From contig PIYB01000002.1 in assembly GCA_003601835.1 (NCBI GenBank), positions 1 through 60,804 on the forward strand: a stretch of 60,804 bases of DNA. The letters run 5' to 3'. The translations under genes and the position numbers were made by a program. Position 1 is the first letter of the stretch. Each line of letters begins with the position of its first letter. Shown one piece after another: positions 9,531-19,495 of the stretch. This stretch comes from Candidatus Bathyarchaeota archaeon (lineage in GTDB: Archaea; Thermoproteota; Bathyarchaeia; Bathyarchaeales; DTEX01). The notes under the pieces were generated by a model that searched no databases, was not told where the DNA came from, and saw only the letters and a list, made by a program, of their open reading frames with translations.

Positions 9531-10419
9531 TGTTGTATGTTTCGGCGCGTTGAATGTTGACCGGCTTTACAAGGTTGACCGCATAGCGAAGGCTGAGGAA
9601 GAAAGCGAGATTCTCGGGTTCAAAAAGTCACCCGGCGGCTCAGCAGCCAACACAGCTGTTGGATTGGCGAAGCTTGGCGTAAAAACGGGTTACATTGGGA
9701 AGGTTGCTGCTGACAGCGACGGCGAATTTTTGTTGAACGCCTTTAGACAGGAAGGGGTGGACACAAACGGGATAGTTGTTTCAAAAAAGGGAAGAAGCGG
9801 CACAGTCATCGGGTTTGTGGACAAAAAGGGAGAACGGGCGCTGTACCTTGATCCGGGAGCCAACAACACGTTGAGATTTGACGAGATAAACCCAGATTAC
9901 GTTCAAGGCGCAAGGTTTCTGCATCTAACCTCTTTCGCAGCGGAAACCCCGTTCGAGGCGCAGAAAAGACTTGTAACCGTTGCTTCCAACATCTCTGTCA
10001 CCCTTGACCCTGGGATGATATACGCTCGGAAGGGGCTGTCGAAACTTAGACCCTTGGTAAGCCGGTGCTTCGCCGTCTTTCCGAACGAGTCTGAGCTAAG
10101 ACTGCTGACTGGAGAAGACTTGGAAAGGGGCGCTGAGACTCTGCTAGGTGAAGGCGTGAAGATTGTTGCGGTTAAGATGGGTGAGAGAGGATGCTACGTA
10201 ACGGACGGAAAAGAAAGCCATTTCATACCCGCGTACAAGGTGAAAGTTGTGGATTCCACAGGTGCAGGTGACGCCTTCTGCGCAGGTTTCATTTATGGGC
10301 TGCTTGAGAATAAACCGCTCAGAGAATGCGGAATCCTAGGAAACTTTGTGGCTTCCAGAACTGTTATGATGATGGGGGCGAGAAACGGGTTGCCTCGAAA
10401 GGAGGAACTTCCTGTTTAG
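9520..10419 (+). CDS. PfkB-family carbohydrate kinase (ribokinase-like)
   Basis: [15 protein letters not shown] and [18 protein letters not shown] are PfkB signatures. The GTG start overlaps the Ftr-like gene by 11 nt. TAG stop. Confidence 0.85.
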   Translation: MKLDVVCFGALNVDRLYKVDRIAKAEEESEILGFKKSPGGSAANTAVGLAKLGVKTGYIGKVAADSDGEFLLNAFRQEGVDTNGIVVSKKGRSGTVIGFVDKKGERALYLDPGANNTLRFDEINPDYVQGARFLHLTSFAAETPFEAQKRLVTVASNISVTLDPGMIYARKGLSKLRPLVSRCFAVFPNESELRLLTGEDLERGAETLLGEGVKIVAVKMGERGCYVTDGKESHFIPAYKVKVVDSTGAGDAFCAGFIYGLLENKPLRECGILGNFVASRTVMMMGARNGLPRKEELPV

Positions 10420-10529
10420 CTGGTTGGCGCAACATGGTAAGAGCGAACCCAGCTGGAGAGATGTGGTTTTTGGGGTCAATCTTAAATCTTACTCTTCTCA
10501 TATTGTTTTGGAGTACGTGTGTGTGACTG

Positions 10530-11138
10530 ATGGGTCTCTTGGCGCCTAGAAGAAGGCTTCTTTTCCTGCTCAGCGAGGAGATGAAGGGTTACCTTCCCCA
10601 GTTGGAGCCCTATTCCTCAGATTATCAGCTGATGGTTTATGCTTCTCGTGATCTTGAGGATTGGCTGAAATGCAAATGGGAAAGAAGCAGCCGGGAAGTC
10701 CAAGAGGAACTTGAAGCGGCATTGGATAACAACTTTGAAGCTTTTAAGGCTTTCCTGAATTTTTGGGCGGGGCTTTGGCTTGAAAAATGGAGAGAACGGG
10801 TTAAGGTGCTTTCAACTAGACCTAAGCTTCCTCCAGACGTATTGAAGAGGATCAAAAAGGCGAAAAGAGTTTACCGGCAAATGCCTCATGGAAGAGAACT
10901 GAAAAAGATGTTGGCGCGGAAACTGATAAGCCAAGGCGAAATCTGTATGCCTGGTTTTATCGCTGAACGTCTGATTATTGAGGAGATTGCTAAGCGAAGT
11001 CGAGGTTCGCAGGAACCGTTCAAGTTCCCGGAAACCTTTGCTTTGGATCTTTTTAACGCCCTTTCTCACAGAATATCTAGGCTGCCTAAGGAGAAAGGTC
11101 CCTTAATCTACTTGAACATCAAACTACGCATGCTCTGA
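10530..11138 (+). CDS. hypothetical helical protein, no family recognised
   Basis: 202-aa ORF on the same strand, 110 nt after the kinase. Charged and helical composition. No motif I can name. Confidence 0.45.
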   Translation: MGLLAPRRRLLFLLSEEMKGYLPQLEPYSSDYQLMVYASRDLEDWLKCKWERSSREVQEELEAALDNNFEAFKAFLNFWAGLWLEKWRERVKVLSTRPKLPPDVLKRIKKAKRVYRQMPHGRELKKMLARKLISQGEICMPGFIAERLIIEEIAKRSRGSQEPFKFPETFALDLFNALSHRISRLPKEKGPLIYLNIKLRML

Positions 11139-11182
11139 TATGGCGTTTCAGAACGGGGTTGAACTGGAAACCGTTTTCCCCG

Positions 11183-11740
11183 TTATTTTGTGGGCTGCGT
11201 GGTTTTCGGCGTTATCCCTCTAGCGGCAAGAGCGTTAACCAGTATTATGCCTATGATGCCGCCTATGACTCCGCCTACCGCATGCAGTCCTGCCCAGCCT
11301 AAGATTCCTCCCCATCTCTGCAGTATGGCTGGAATCAAGAAGAACGCTCCGATTATTAAGCCTGCAATAGCTGCGGAGATAACCGAGATGATGAACAGAC
11401 TTATTGCGCCTAGAACCCGGTTCTCGAACAGTCTTTTGTAGCCGATGATTGCTGCGAGAACGTCGAATGCTACGGCTGCTGCTGTGAAGCCTAGGAAATG
11501 AAAGGCGGTTGGTCTTAACATGAAGTTCAGTATTGTTGCGATGAAGCCTACTAAGGTGGCGGTTCCAAGCTTCCTAACAAGCCATACGGCTAATATTAGG
11601 GCTGTGAATCCTATCAAGTCGCAAAGGAAGGGTAGGTGGAACATTTGGAAAAAGATTGGTGAAAGCGTTACATTTAGGACGCCCCATAAAGCTGCAAAGA
11701 TTGCTATTCCTGCCAAGTCACGGGTTCCGAAGTACGCCAT
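11183..11740 (-). CDS. integral membrane protein, ECF-transporter S-component-like
   Basis: 185 aa with about six hydrophobic helices and a Gly-rich last helix (GGVIGGIIGIILV). Size and topology match vitamin-uptake S components. Confidence 0.6.
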   Translation of the reverse strand: MAYFGTRDLAGIAIFAALWGVLNVTLSPIFFQMFHLPFLCDLIGFTALILAVWLVRKLGTATLVGFIATILNFMLRPTAFHFLGFTAAAVAFDVLAAIIGYKRLFENRVLGAISLFIISVISAAIAGLIIGAFFLIPAILQRWGGILGWAGLHAVGGVIGGIIGIILVNALAARGITPKTTQPTK

Positions 11741-11880
11741 GTGCCCTCGCCATCAGTAATATTTTTTTATACATTGGTAACACTTATATTTATGTCTTTA
11801 CTGGTAAAACACAACATTAAATCGCGGTTAATGAACCACATCACGCTGATGGCAAGATTGATAAAACTCGTAGCAGGAGC

Positions 11881-12318
11881 GTGTTGCCAAGGTTGAGTTC
11901 TTCAATAAGCAAAAGTTTAATCGACAAGGCTGTACGTTTTCACGGTCATCTAGGTCCATTCCTCATCCTAGGTTTGAAAGCCGGCATGTTTGCCAACAAG
12001 GTTCTTGGAAAAAGTCATTTTGACACAAAGGTAACGGTTGAAACCGAACCTTTTCCACCTTGCTCCTGTATCGTGGACGGCGTTCAAATCACAACTGGGT
12101 GCACTATGGGAAAAAGAAACATTGAGCTAAAAAATGGAGACTCATTAACGGTGACTTTCAGAAAAAACAACCATGAGCTTAAGCTCAGTTTGAAAACCGA
12201 TATACTGAAGCAGCTGATGAAGATTCCTTCGAAAGAAGAATCGAAAAAAGCTGCTTTGAACCTCGTTGACGCCCCCGTCACTGATCTTTTCGACATAGAA
12301 GCCCCACGAAATGCATGA
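11881..12318 (+). CDS. FmdE-domain protein
   Basis: AVRFHGHLGPFLILGLKAG and CIVDGVQITTGCTMGKRN match the FmdE/FwdE domain signature (FHGH.GP...G; DG.Q..TGCT.GK). Confidence 0.7.
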   Translation: MLPRLSSSISKSLIDKAVRFHGHLGPFLILGLKAGMFANKVLGKSHFDTKVTVETEPFPPCSCIVDGVQITTGCTMGKRNIELKNGDSLTVTFRKNNHELKLSLKTDILKQLMKIPSKEESKKAALNLVDAPVTDLFDIEAPRNA

Positions 12319-12443
12319 CGAGTTCTGTTTGAACCAGTTCATCCTTCCATCAGCCAGAAAAAGACTCCACAATTTTGTTGAGCGAAAACTTATTAGGATA
12401 CCATGAATAACTTGTCTTCAAATCAAAGGTGATCAAGTTGGTT

Positions 12444-13466
12444 ATGAAAGTAGCGATAAACGGCTTCGGAAGAATCGGCAGGCTCCTATACAGAGCTGCC
12501 CTTGAAACTGGAACGGAAATAGATTTCGCCGTTGTCAACGACCTAACAGACGCAAAGACCCTCGGCAGCCTTCTCAAGCGAGACTCAACCCATGGACCGC
12601 TTCCATTCGACGTCGAAGTTGAGGGTAACACCATTATAACAAAAAAGGACGGCGTCGTAAAGAACCGGTTAACAGTGATTTCTCAACCAGACCCAGCGAA
12701 ACTCCCATGGAAAGATATGGACATATACCTTGTTGTTGAATCCACAGGAAGGTTCAGAGACAGAGAAGGTGCTTCTAAACACTTGCAGGCTGGAGCCAAA
12801 AAGGTTCTCGTCTCAGCCCCGATGAAACCTGCAACTGCAGCTGACTTGACAGTTGTGTACGGCGTTAACGATGACCAATATGACCCTGAAAAACACAACA
12901 TAATCTCCTTGGCTTCATGCACAACCAACTGTGTGTCGCCGGTAGCCAAAGTTCTGAACGACAACTTCGGAATTGAAAGAGCGCTGATGAACACGGTTCA
13001 CGCAGTGACAAATGACCAAAGGCTCCTAGACATGCAACACAGAGACTTGAGAAGAGCCAGATCAGCTCTCATCAACATTATTCCAACAACCACCGGTGCA
13101 GCCGTAGCGGCAACCTTGACGCTGCCGGAGCTTAAAGGCAAAATGAACGGGCTTGCGCTTAGGGTTCCTGTTCCCACAGGTTCCATAGTTGATCTCACAG
13201 CGGTTCTGAAGAGAGAGGTCACCGTGGAAGAGGTGAACGCGGCGTTCAAGAAAGCAGCTGAAACGGAATTAAAGGGCGTTCTTGCTTACAGTGATGAACC
13301 CTTGGTTTCTTCAGACATCATTCACAACCCGAACTCGGCGATAGTAGACGGTCTTTCCACCATGGTCATCGGCAACCTAGTGAAGGTTCTCGCCTGGTAC
13401 GACAACGAGTGGGGCTACTCGGTTAAAATGGTACGGATGATCGAGAAGATCTGCAGCATGGCATAA
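12444..13466 (+). CDS. gap: glyceraldehyde-3-phosphate dehydrogenase, class I (bacterial/eukaryotic type)
   Basis: MKVAINGFGRIGR, ASCTTNC active site, TGAA and WYDNEWGYS. The track ORF starts at GTG 12429; ATG 12444 gives the canonical N-terminus. Confidence 0.95.
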   Translation: MKVAINGFGRIGRLLYRAALETGTEIDFAVVNDLTDAKTLGSLLKRDSTHGPLPFDVEVEGNTIITKKDGVVKNRLTVISQPDPAKLPWKDMDIYLVVESTGRFRDREGASKHLQAGAKKVLVSAPMKPATAADLTVVYGVNDDQYDPEKHNIISLASCTTNCVSPVAKVLNDNFGIERALMNTVHAVTNDQRLLDMQHRDLRRARSALINIIPTTTGAAVAATLTLPELKGKMNGLALRVPVPTGSIVDLTAVLKREVTVEEVNAAFKKAAETELKGVLAYSDEPLVSSDIIHNPNSAIVDGLSTMVIGNLVKVLAWYDNEWGYSVKMVRMIEKICSMA

Positions 13467-13510
13467 CTTCCCCTTCCATTTTTATCTCTATAACGTGAGC
13501 AGGTGACCGA

Positions 13511-14737
13511 ATGCCTGAGTTCCTTACTTTAGATGACGTAGCCTTAAAAGGCAAAGTAGTCCTGGTCAGAGTTGACTTCAACTCTCCAGTTGACCCTGAC
13601 ACCAAAAAGCTTTTAGACGACACACGGATCCGGGCGCACGGAGAAACCACAATCAAAGAACTAGTCCAGAAAGGCGCGAAGGTTGTCATTCTTGCTCATC
13701 AAGGTCGCCCCGGTGAACCTGACTTCATAAGTCTCAAGCAGCATGCAGAAAAGCTAAGTGAAGTTTTGGGGCGCCCCGTTGAATATGTGGATGATCTTTA
13801 CGGAGAGACTGCTCAGAACGCTATAAAGGGGCTGAAAAACGGGGAAGTCATCGTTCTAAAGAACACTAGGACATACCCTGAAGAACGAAAATCAAAAACG
13901 CCGGAGGAACACGCTCAATCGGAGTTCATAAAGTCTCTGGCGCCGTTAGCGGACCTGTTCGTTAATGATGCTTTCTCTGCAGCTCACAGGGCTCACGCCT
14001 CCGTCGTCGGGTTCTCAGCGGTTCTCCCAAGCGTTGCCGGCAGAATAATGGAACGCGAGCTTAAAGCGTTAAGCCGGGTGTTAGAAAAACCTGAGAAACC
14101 TTGTGTCTTCATTCTCGGCGGAGCAAAGGCTGACGACTCGCTTGAAATATCCCGGTACGTCCTGAAAAACGGTATTGCTGACTACGTGTTGACCGGTGGG
14201 ATAACGGGGCACCTTTTCCTCGTGGCAACAGGAGTCGACCTTGGAAAACCGAACATGGAATTCCTAGAGAAACAGAAGGTTCTAGATTTAGTTCCAGGCA
14301 TACAGGAGCTTATGAAAACCTATCCTGGCAAGGTCAAGACTCCAGTCGACGTAGCCGTTGAGGTGGAAGGCAAAAGACAAGAGGTGTCTGTTGGCAGTCT
14401 TCCAACGGAGCACCCGATCTTTGACATCGGAACGGAGACGATCAAAGAATACGGCGAAGTCATAAAGGCGGCGAAGTCAATTGTCGTAAGCGGACCCCCC
14501 GGAGTCTACGAAAAGGAAGAGTTCCTGAAAGGAACAAAGGGGCTTCTAGAGGCTGTTGCTGAATCCGACGGTTTTTCACTGGTCGGGGGCGGACACACTG
14601 TTGCCGCAGTGCATGAACTAGGGCTTGCAGACAAAATGTCTTACATCAGCACAGCTGGAGGCGCCCTAATAGAGTTTCTGATGGGCAAAACCTTGCCTGC
14701 TGTAGCTGCGCTTGAAGCATCTGCAAAGAAGAAATAA
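13511..14737 (+). CDS. pgk: phosphoglycerate kinase
   Basis: VLVRVDFNSPVD, ILAHQGRPG, FVNDAFSAAHRAH, GGAKADD and STAGGA motifs. 408 aa. Confidence 0.95.
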   Translation: MPEFLTLDDVALKGKVVLVRVDFNSPVDPDTKKLLDDTRIRAHGETTIKELVQKGAKVVILAHQGRPGEPDFISLKQHAEKLSEVLGRPVEYVDDLYGETAQNAIKGLKNGEVIVLKNTRTYPEERKSKTPEEHAQSEFIKSLAPLADLFVNDAFSAAHRAHASVVGFSAVLPSVAGRIMERELKALSRVLEKPEKPCVFILGGAKADDSLEISRYVLKNGIADYVLTGGITGHLFLVATGVDLGKPNMEFLEKQKVLDLVPGIQELMKTYPGKVKTPVDVAVEVEGKRQEVSVGSLPTEHPIFDIGTETIKEYGEVIKAAKSIVVSGPPGVYEKEEFLKGTKGLLEAVAESDGFSLVGGGHTVAAVHELGLADKMSYISTAGGALIEFLMGKTLPAVAALEASAKKK

Positions 14738-14807
14738 GCCGAAAACTTTCTTCTTTTTTCTTTGTGTTAACTTGTTCTGTAGCCTTAAAATTGAATTCTT
14801 TTTTGAG

Positions 14808-15491
14808 CTACTTGAAGGACACGGTTAAAACGCGGATATAGTCACCTGTGTCTGCGCAGCTGTCCGCGGCTTCCTCCATTGAATCCAGCAAATCTTTAAG
14901 AATCAACAGCACCGCAGGGTTAATCTTGTCGCCGTATTTCAGCAACAGAGATTTTATGTTGAGAAACTCTTTGTCAACTAGGTTTTCTTCCTCTTCAACC
15001 CTTTCAGACATTGCTCTGGCTTTAGTGTTATCACTGCCTAGGTTTCTCAAGCTTTCCCTAAGCACGCCGGCTGTCTCAACTATTCCACAGGACATTACGT
15101 GAAAGGCTTCCCAGAGCTCTTCAGGAACCTCCGCTTCCAAGAGAACCAGCACGTTTCTAGCTGAATCCTTAATGTAGTCAGCCATCATGTCAAGACGTTT
15201 CACAAGGTGCATAATGTCCTCCCGTTCCTTAGGTGAAAGGTTGCCTTTAGTTAACTCCTCAAAAACAATTCGTCTTAGATTATCTATCTCCTCCTCTACC
15301 TTGAACAACCTTTCTATTGTTTTACGGGCAGTCTCTTTGTCTCCTTTTCCAGATGCTTTTATCGCCTTTTCAAGATCATTTACAGTATCCAAAGCCACCG
15401 TCATCTGACGGTATGCAATCCGAAGAACCCTGCTTTTCCGACGTTTCTCAAACCATCTTTCCATGCCAAAAGAACTCCTTCGGAAACTCAT
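14808..15491 (-). CDS. DUF47 / PhoU_div family protein (distant PhoU relative)
   Basis: 227 aa, all-helical. EEEIDNLRR...EDIMHLVKRLDMMADYIKD...LDSMEEAADSCADTGDYI fits the TIGR00153-type family. It is the last gene after the ABC genes on the same strand. Confidence 0.7.
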   Translation of the reverse strand: MSFRRSSFGMERWFEKRRKSRVLRIAYRQMTVALDTVNDLEKAIKASGKGDKETARKTIERLFKVEEEIDNLRRIVFEELTKGNLSPKEREDIMHLVKRLDMMADYIKDSARNVLVLLEAEVPEELWEAFHVMSCGIVETAGVLRESLRNLGSDNTKARAMSERVEEEENLVDKEFLNIKSLLLKYGDKINPAVLLILKDLLDSMEEAADSCADTGDYIRVLTVSFK

Positions 15492-15564
15492 TTTTACTTA
15501 TAAAGTGAACATTTTAAAGTTTGCTATAAACAAGTATAAAGATACACCGTTCTTGTGATTAAGA

Positions 15565-16665
15565 CTATTCCAAGGCTAGTTCTTTGGACAGTCCCTCTTT
15601 CGGGTATGGATAAACCAGAAGGTTTTCCGGTGACACCTTCACCGTTATTTCGTCACCAGCACTATATGCAGGCTTCCCGAGGCTTAACGCCTTTTTAACA
15701 ACAATCAGTTCACCGTTATCCAGTCTCACCCTAAGCCTAACAATGCTTCCTGAATAAAGCATATCCTCAATCTCTCCGGAAAACGTATTAGTTCCCCCTT
15801 TCTTCTCTATTGTAGCGTATTCCGGTCTGAAGGCAATCACAACTCGCTCGCCGACTGACCTATCTTTATTGGTCGTCATCAAACGGGTTCCGTCTCCAAC
15901 CTCGATAACAGCGCCTTCCTCAGCCATCTCGATGATAACGCCGGTGAGAAAATTGGCTTCCCCCACAAAATTTGCCGTGAAAAGATTCTTCGGTTGGGTG
16001 TACAGGCTTATGGGCGCTCCTTCCTCCACAATCCTTCCTTTCTTCATGACGATAACACGGTCTGAAATGGACATGGCTTCCTCCTGATCATGGGTCACAT
16101 GAAGAGCCGTTAGCCCCAAATCTTTCACGATCCTTCTCAACTCGTAACGCAGTTCAGCCCTAACCTTAACGTCTAAGGCTCCTAAAGGCTCATCCAACAA
16201 CAGAAGCTCAGCTCTAGACATTAATGCTCTAGCCACAGCTGTTTTCTGCTGTGTGCCTCCGCTGAGCTCATTAGGGTAAGCATCAGACCTTGCGCCGAGC
16301 TTAATCATTTCTAGCATCTCAAGTGCGAGGGCCCTTGTTTCTTCAGGAACCATTCCCTTTACCGTTGGACCATAGGTGATGTTATTCCATACGGTCATGT
16401 GTGGAAAAAGAGCTATGTTTTGGAAGACGTATCCTATGCTTCTGTCTTCTATTGGGATGTTGTTTACAAGTTTGCCGCCTATGTATATTTCTCCCTCGTC
16501 CGGGGTGATTATGCCCGCTATGCTCTTGATTAGGGTTGTTTTTCCGCATCCGCTTGGACCTATGACTGAAACATATTCACCGTCCTTGATTGTGAGGTTG
16601 ATGTGGTCGTTCGCCAAGATTTCCCCGTATCTCTTGGTTACGTTCACCAGTTTCACTTCAGGCAA
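15565..16665 (-). CDS. ABC transporter ATP-binding protein with a TOBE-like C-terminal domain (PotA/CysA/FbpC type)
   Basis: Walker A GPSGCGKTT, signature LSGGTQQK and Walker B LLLLDEPLGALD. Confidence 0.9.
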   Translation of the reverse strand: MPEVKLVNVTKRYGEILANDHINLTIKDGEYVSVIGPSGCGKTTLIKSIAGIITPDEGEIYIGGKLVNNIPIEDRSIGYVFQNIALFPHMTVWNNITYGPTVKGMVPEETRALALEMLEMIKLGARSDAYPNELSGGTQQKTAVARALMSRAELLLLDEPLGALDVKVRAELRYELRRIVKDLGLTALHVTHDQEEAMSISDRVIVMKKGRIVEEGAPISLYTQPKNLFTANFVGEANFLTGVIIEMAEEGAVIEVGDGTRLMTTNKDRSVGERVVIAFRPEYATIEKKGGTNTFSGEIEDMLYSGSIVRLRVRLDNGELIVVKKALSLGKPAYSAGDEITVKVSPENLLVYPYPKEGLSKELALE

Positions 16666-17772
16666 TTATATCGCCTCAATCTCTTTTAGAAGACCAGCTC
16701 TTGGGTATGGAAAGACATAGCATCTTTCCGGATGGAAGGAGATCACAACAGCCTCGCCCGGCTTGAAATCTTTGAAAGTGTCGGAAAACAGTATTCTGGA
16801 GGATATTACGGCATGATTTTTGAGCCTAATTTGGTACTCGATTGATCCGCCTACGAACACTGTGGACTCGATTACGCCTTTCAAATTGTTTTCGCCAAGT
16901 TTTTCCATGGTTCCTATGGACACATCTTCAAGCCTAACGGCGACAACAACTCTTTCACCGATGTTTCTACTTGTGTCAGCAACCTTGATTCGGAGGCCGC
17001 CTCGAAGGTCAACAACCGAGCCTGAACTGTTAACTTCTACCACGGTTCCTTCGAGGAAGTTTGAGCCGCCTACGAAGCTTGTGACGAATATGGACTGCGG
17101 TTTCGAGTAAATCTCATGTGGGGTTCCTACCTGTTCTATTCTTCCGCTTCTAAGGATAACGATTCTGTCCGCAGTCATCAACGCCTCCTCTTGGTCGTGG
17201 GTCACGTGGACAGCTGTAAGCCCTTGGTCCTTAACAAGCTTCCTCAGCTGAGTACGCAGGTCAACCCTTAATCTCGCGTCTAAGGCTCCTAAAGGCTCAT
17301 CCAACAACAGAATCTTGGCGCCAGAAGCGATTCCCCTAGCAAGAGCTACCCGTTGCTGCATTCCCCCGCTTAGCTCGTGTGGAAAAGCATTCTTTCTTTC
17401 CGCAAGCCTAACCATCTCCAAAACTTCTGAGGTTACGTTTTTAACCCTGTCTTTAGACCAGTTTTTTATAACTGGACCGAATGAAACGTTTTCCCAAACG
17501 TTCATGTGAGGGAACAAGGCGAACTGTTGGAACATGTAAACGGCGTTCCGTTCTTCAGGTGGAACCTTGTTAACCCGTTTTCCTTCTATGTACACGTCGC
17601 CTTCATCCGGTTCCAGCAAGCCGGCTATGATACGGAGAAGCGTTGTTTTTCCCGCCCCTGTTTGTCCAAGTATGCAAAGGTATTCCCCGTTCTCTATTGA
17701 CAGGTTAATATGGTCTAGAGCGGTGATCTTTCCGAATCTTTTCGTTACATTCATTAACTTAATCAACGGCAT
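16666..17772 (-). CDS. ABC transporter ATP-binding protein, second copy, with a TOBE-like C-terminal domain
   Basis: GQTGAGKTT, LSGGMQQR and ILLLDEPLGALD. Directly abuts the other ATPase gene. Confidence 0.9.
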   Translation of the reverse strand: MPLIKLMNVTKRFGKITALDHINLSIENGEYLCILGQTGAGKTTLLRIIAGLLEPDEGDVYIEGKRVNKVPPEERNAVYMFQQFALFPHMNVWENVSFGPVIKNWSKDRVKNVTSEVLEMVRLAERKNAFPHELSGGMQQRVALARGIASGAKILLLDEPLGALDARLRVDLRTQLRKLVKDQGLTAVHVTHDQEEALMTADRIVILRSGRIEQVGTPHEIYSKPQSIFVTSFVGGSNFLEGTVVEVNSSGSVVDLRGGLRIKVADTSRNIGERVVVAVRLEDVSIGTMEKLGENNLKGVIESTVFVGGSIEYQIRLKNHAVISSRILFSDTFKDFKPGEAVVISFHPERCYVFPYPRAGLLKEIEAI

Positions 17773-17778
17773 GCTGCT

Positions 17779-19485
17779 TCATCTCCGTGTGAGGATTCTA
17801 ATGATGACCAGTAGAATTAAAGACAATACTATGAGGTAGGTTGAAGTGAACAGTGCAGCTGGTATGGCTAAGGCTTCAACCATGTTAACCACCAGCGCAG
17901 GAACAGTTATGTCTCTTCCCATAACGATGAACGTCGCCCCGGTTTCTCCTAGCGAACGGGTAAATGAGAGAATGAACCCTGTGAGGATTCCTCCCTTTAT
18001 CAGAGGAAGAGAAACCGCCTCGATAGCGTTGTAGGCTGTTGCACCTAGGGTTCGAGCGGACTCCTCGTACATCTGAATGTTAGACCCTTCATAGGATGCA
18101 ATTATGGATTCAACAATAACTGGAACTGAGAAGACTATGTGAGTAAGGATGATCAACCATATTCCCGGGCTAACAAGGTTGAACCCGGATGAGCCCCAGA
18201 GAAGAAGAACTGATAAGCCAAGCGAGGACGTGGGAATGATCAGTGGAACCTTAAGTATGGTTCTGATGATCTCTCCATACCATTTTCTTTCTATGATGAA
18301 TGAAAGCGGGATCGATATGCACATCGCTATGTACGTTGAGGTTAACGCCACTATAATTGAGGTTACCGTTGCTTGCTGCAGAATGCTAAAGTAGTTAGGG
18401 GGACCAAACAGCTGATACACCACGCCCCCCTGAACCTTACCTGTGTATGGGTCTGCTGACCAATAGAAAATTACGGAGTTCAACACCACGATTATTGGAA
18501 CGATTACGGTTAACACAACAACAACGATTGGAAGACCATCCTTCAAACGGGACAAGCGTCTTGAAGCGAACCTTTCAAACTTCATGATTTTTCTATAAAT
18601 GGATATGGGTAACTGATACGAGATTCTTAGACCGCGGCCTCGTCTGCCCACATAGAGCTCCGCTGGAAGAATTATGGCCCACGCTATTACGACAAGTAAG
18701 CTTCCCATAAACGCGGCTGTGGCAAGTTTGAACTCCGAGGTCCATCTCACGATAGCTATGGAGGCTGTGGAGCTTACCCCTGAAACTATGAGGGATGCCC
18801 CTGTTTCCCCGAGAGACCGGGCGAGTGCCAGAACAGCTCCGGAAAAGATTCCTGGGATGGATAAAGGCGACAGAATGTTCCTAAAGGTTGTGAGGGAGCT
18901 GGCTCCCAATGTTCTTGAGGCTATCTCAAACGTTGTGTCGATTGATTCAAACTTTGTTTCAATGGTTCTGACGATGTAGGGGAAGGTCAGAGCGACATGA
19001 ACTATGAACAGGACGATTGGGACATTCAGGAAAGGTATGACGACGTTTAAATTGGTGACCAGCCCTGTTCCTAGACCCAGCCATCCTCCTATACCAGCCA
19101 CGGTTGTCCATGTTATGCTTGTTGCAAAACCGAAACCTGAGGTTGGGATGACCAATGGAAGGGTTACAATGTCTTCTAAGAGGCTTCTACCTGGAAACCT
19201 TTTTCTTGCAAGCACATACGCTAATGGTATTCCAAAAACGAGGTCGAAGGCGACTGCGGAAAGGGACAGCCGGAATGAGAAAGAAAGAACTTTGAGGATT
19301 TGTCGCCAGTTTTCGTCTCCGATAATTGGGTTTTCAAAAACCTCGAGCTGCACCTCGGGCCATCTTAAGAACACGTAGGAGATCAGGTAGAATGTGGGGA
19401 ACAGGACGAAGAAGATGAACGCTCCAAGCGTGGTCCAGACGACGAGTTTAGAGATGACATTGGAACTTTTTGTTCTAAGACCCAT
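17779..19485 (-). CDS. ABC transporter permease, fused double-domain (FbpB/ThiP-like)
   Basis: 568 aa with two repeats of the EAA-type loop (ASRTLGASSLTTFRNI and SARTLGATAYNAIEAV) and about 12 helices. Confidence 0.9.
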   Translation of the reverse strand: MGLRTKSSNVISKLVVWTTLGAFIFFVLFPTFYLISYVFLRWPEVQLEVFENPIIGDENWRQILKVLSFSFRLSLSAVAFDLVFGIPLAYVLARKRFPGRSLLEDIVTLPLVIPTSGFGFATSITWTTVAGIGGWLGLGTGLVTNLNVVIPFLNVPIVLFIVHVALTFPYIVRTIETKFESIDTTFEIASRTLGASSLTTFRNILSPLSIPGIFSGAVLALARSLGETGASLIVSGVSSTASIAIVRWTSEFKLATAAFMGSLLVVIAWAIILPAELYVGRRGRGLRISYQLPISIYRKIMKFERFASRRLSRLKDGLPIVVVVLTVIVPIIVVLNSVIFYWSADPYTGKVQGGVVYQLFGPPNYFSILQQATVTSIIVALTSTYIAMCISIPLSFIIERKWYGEIIRTILKVPLIIPTSSLGLSVLLLWGSSGFNLVSPGIWLIILTHIVFSVPVIVESIIASYEGSNIQMYEESARTLGATAYNAIEAVSLPLIKGGILTGFILSFTRSLGETGATFIVMGRDITVPALVVNMVEALAIPAALFTSTYLIVLSLILLVIIRILTRR

Positions 19486-19495
19486 CTGTCCACCT

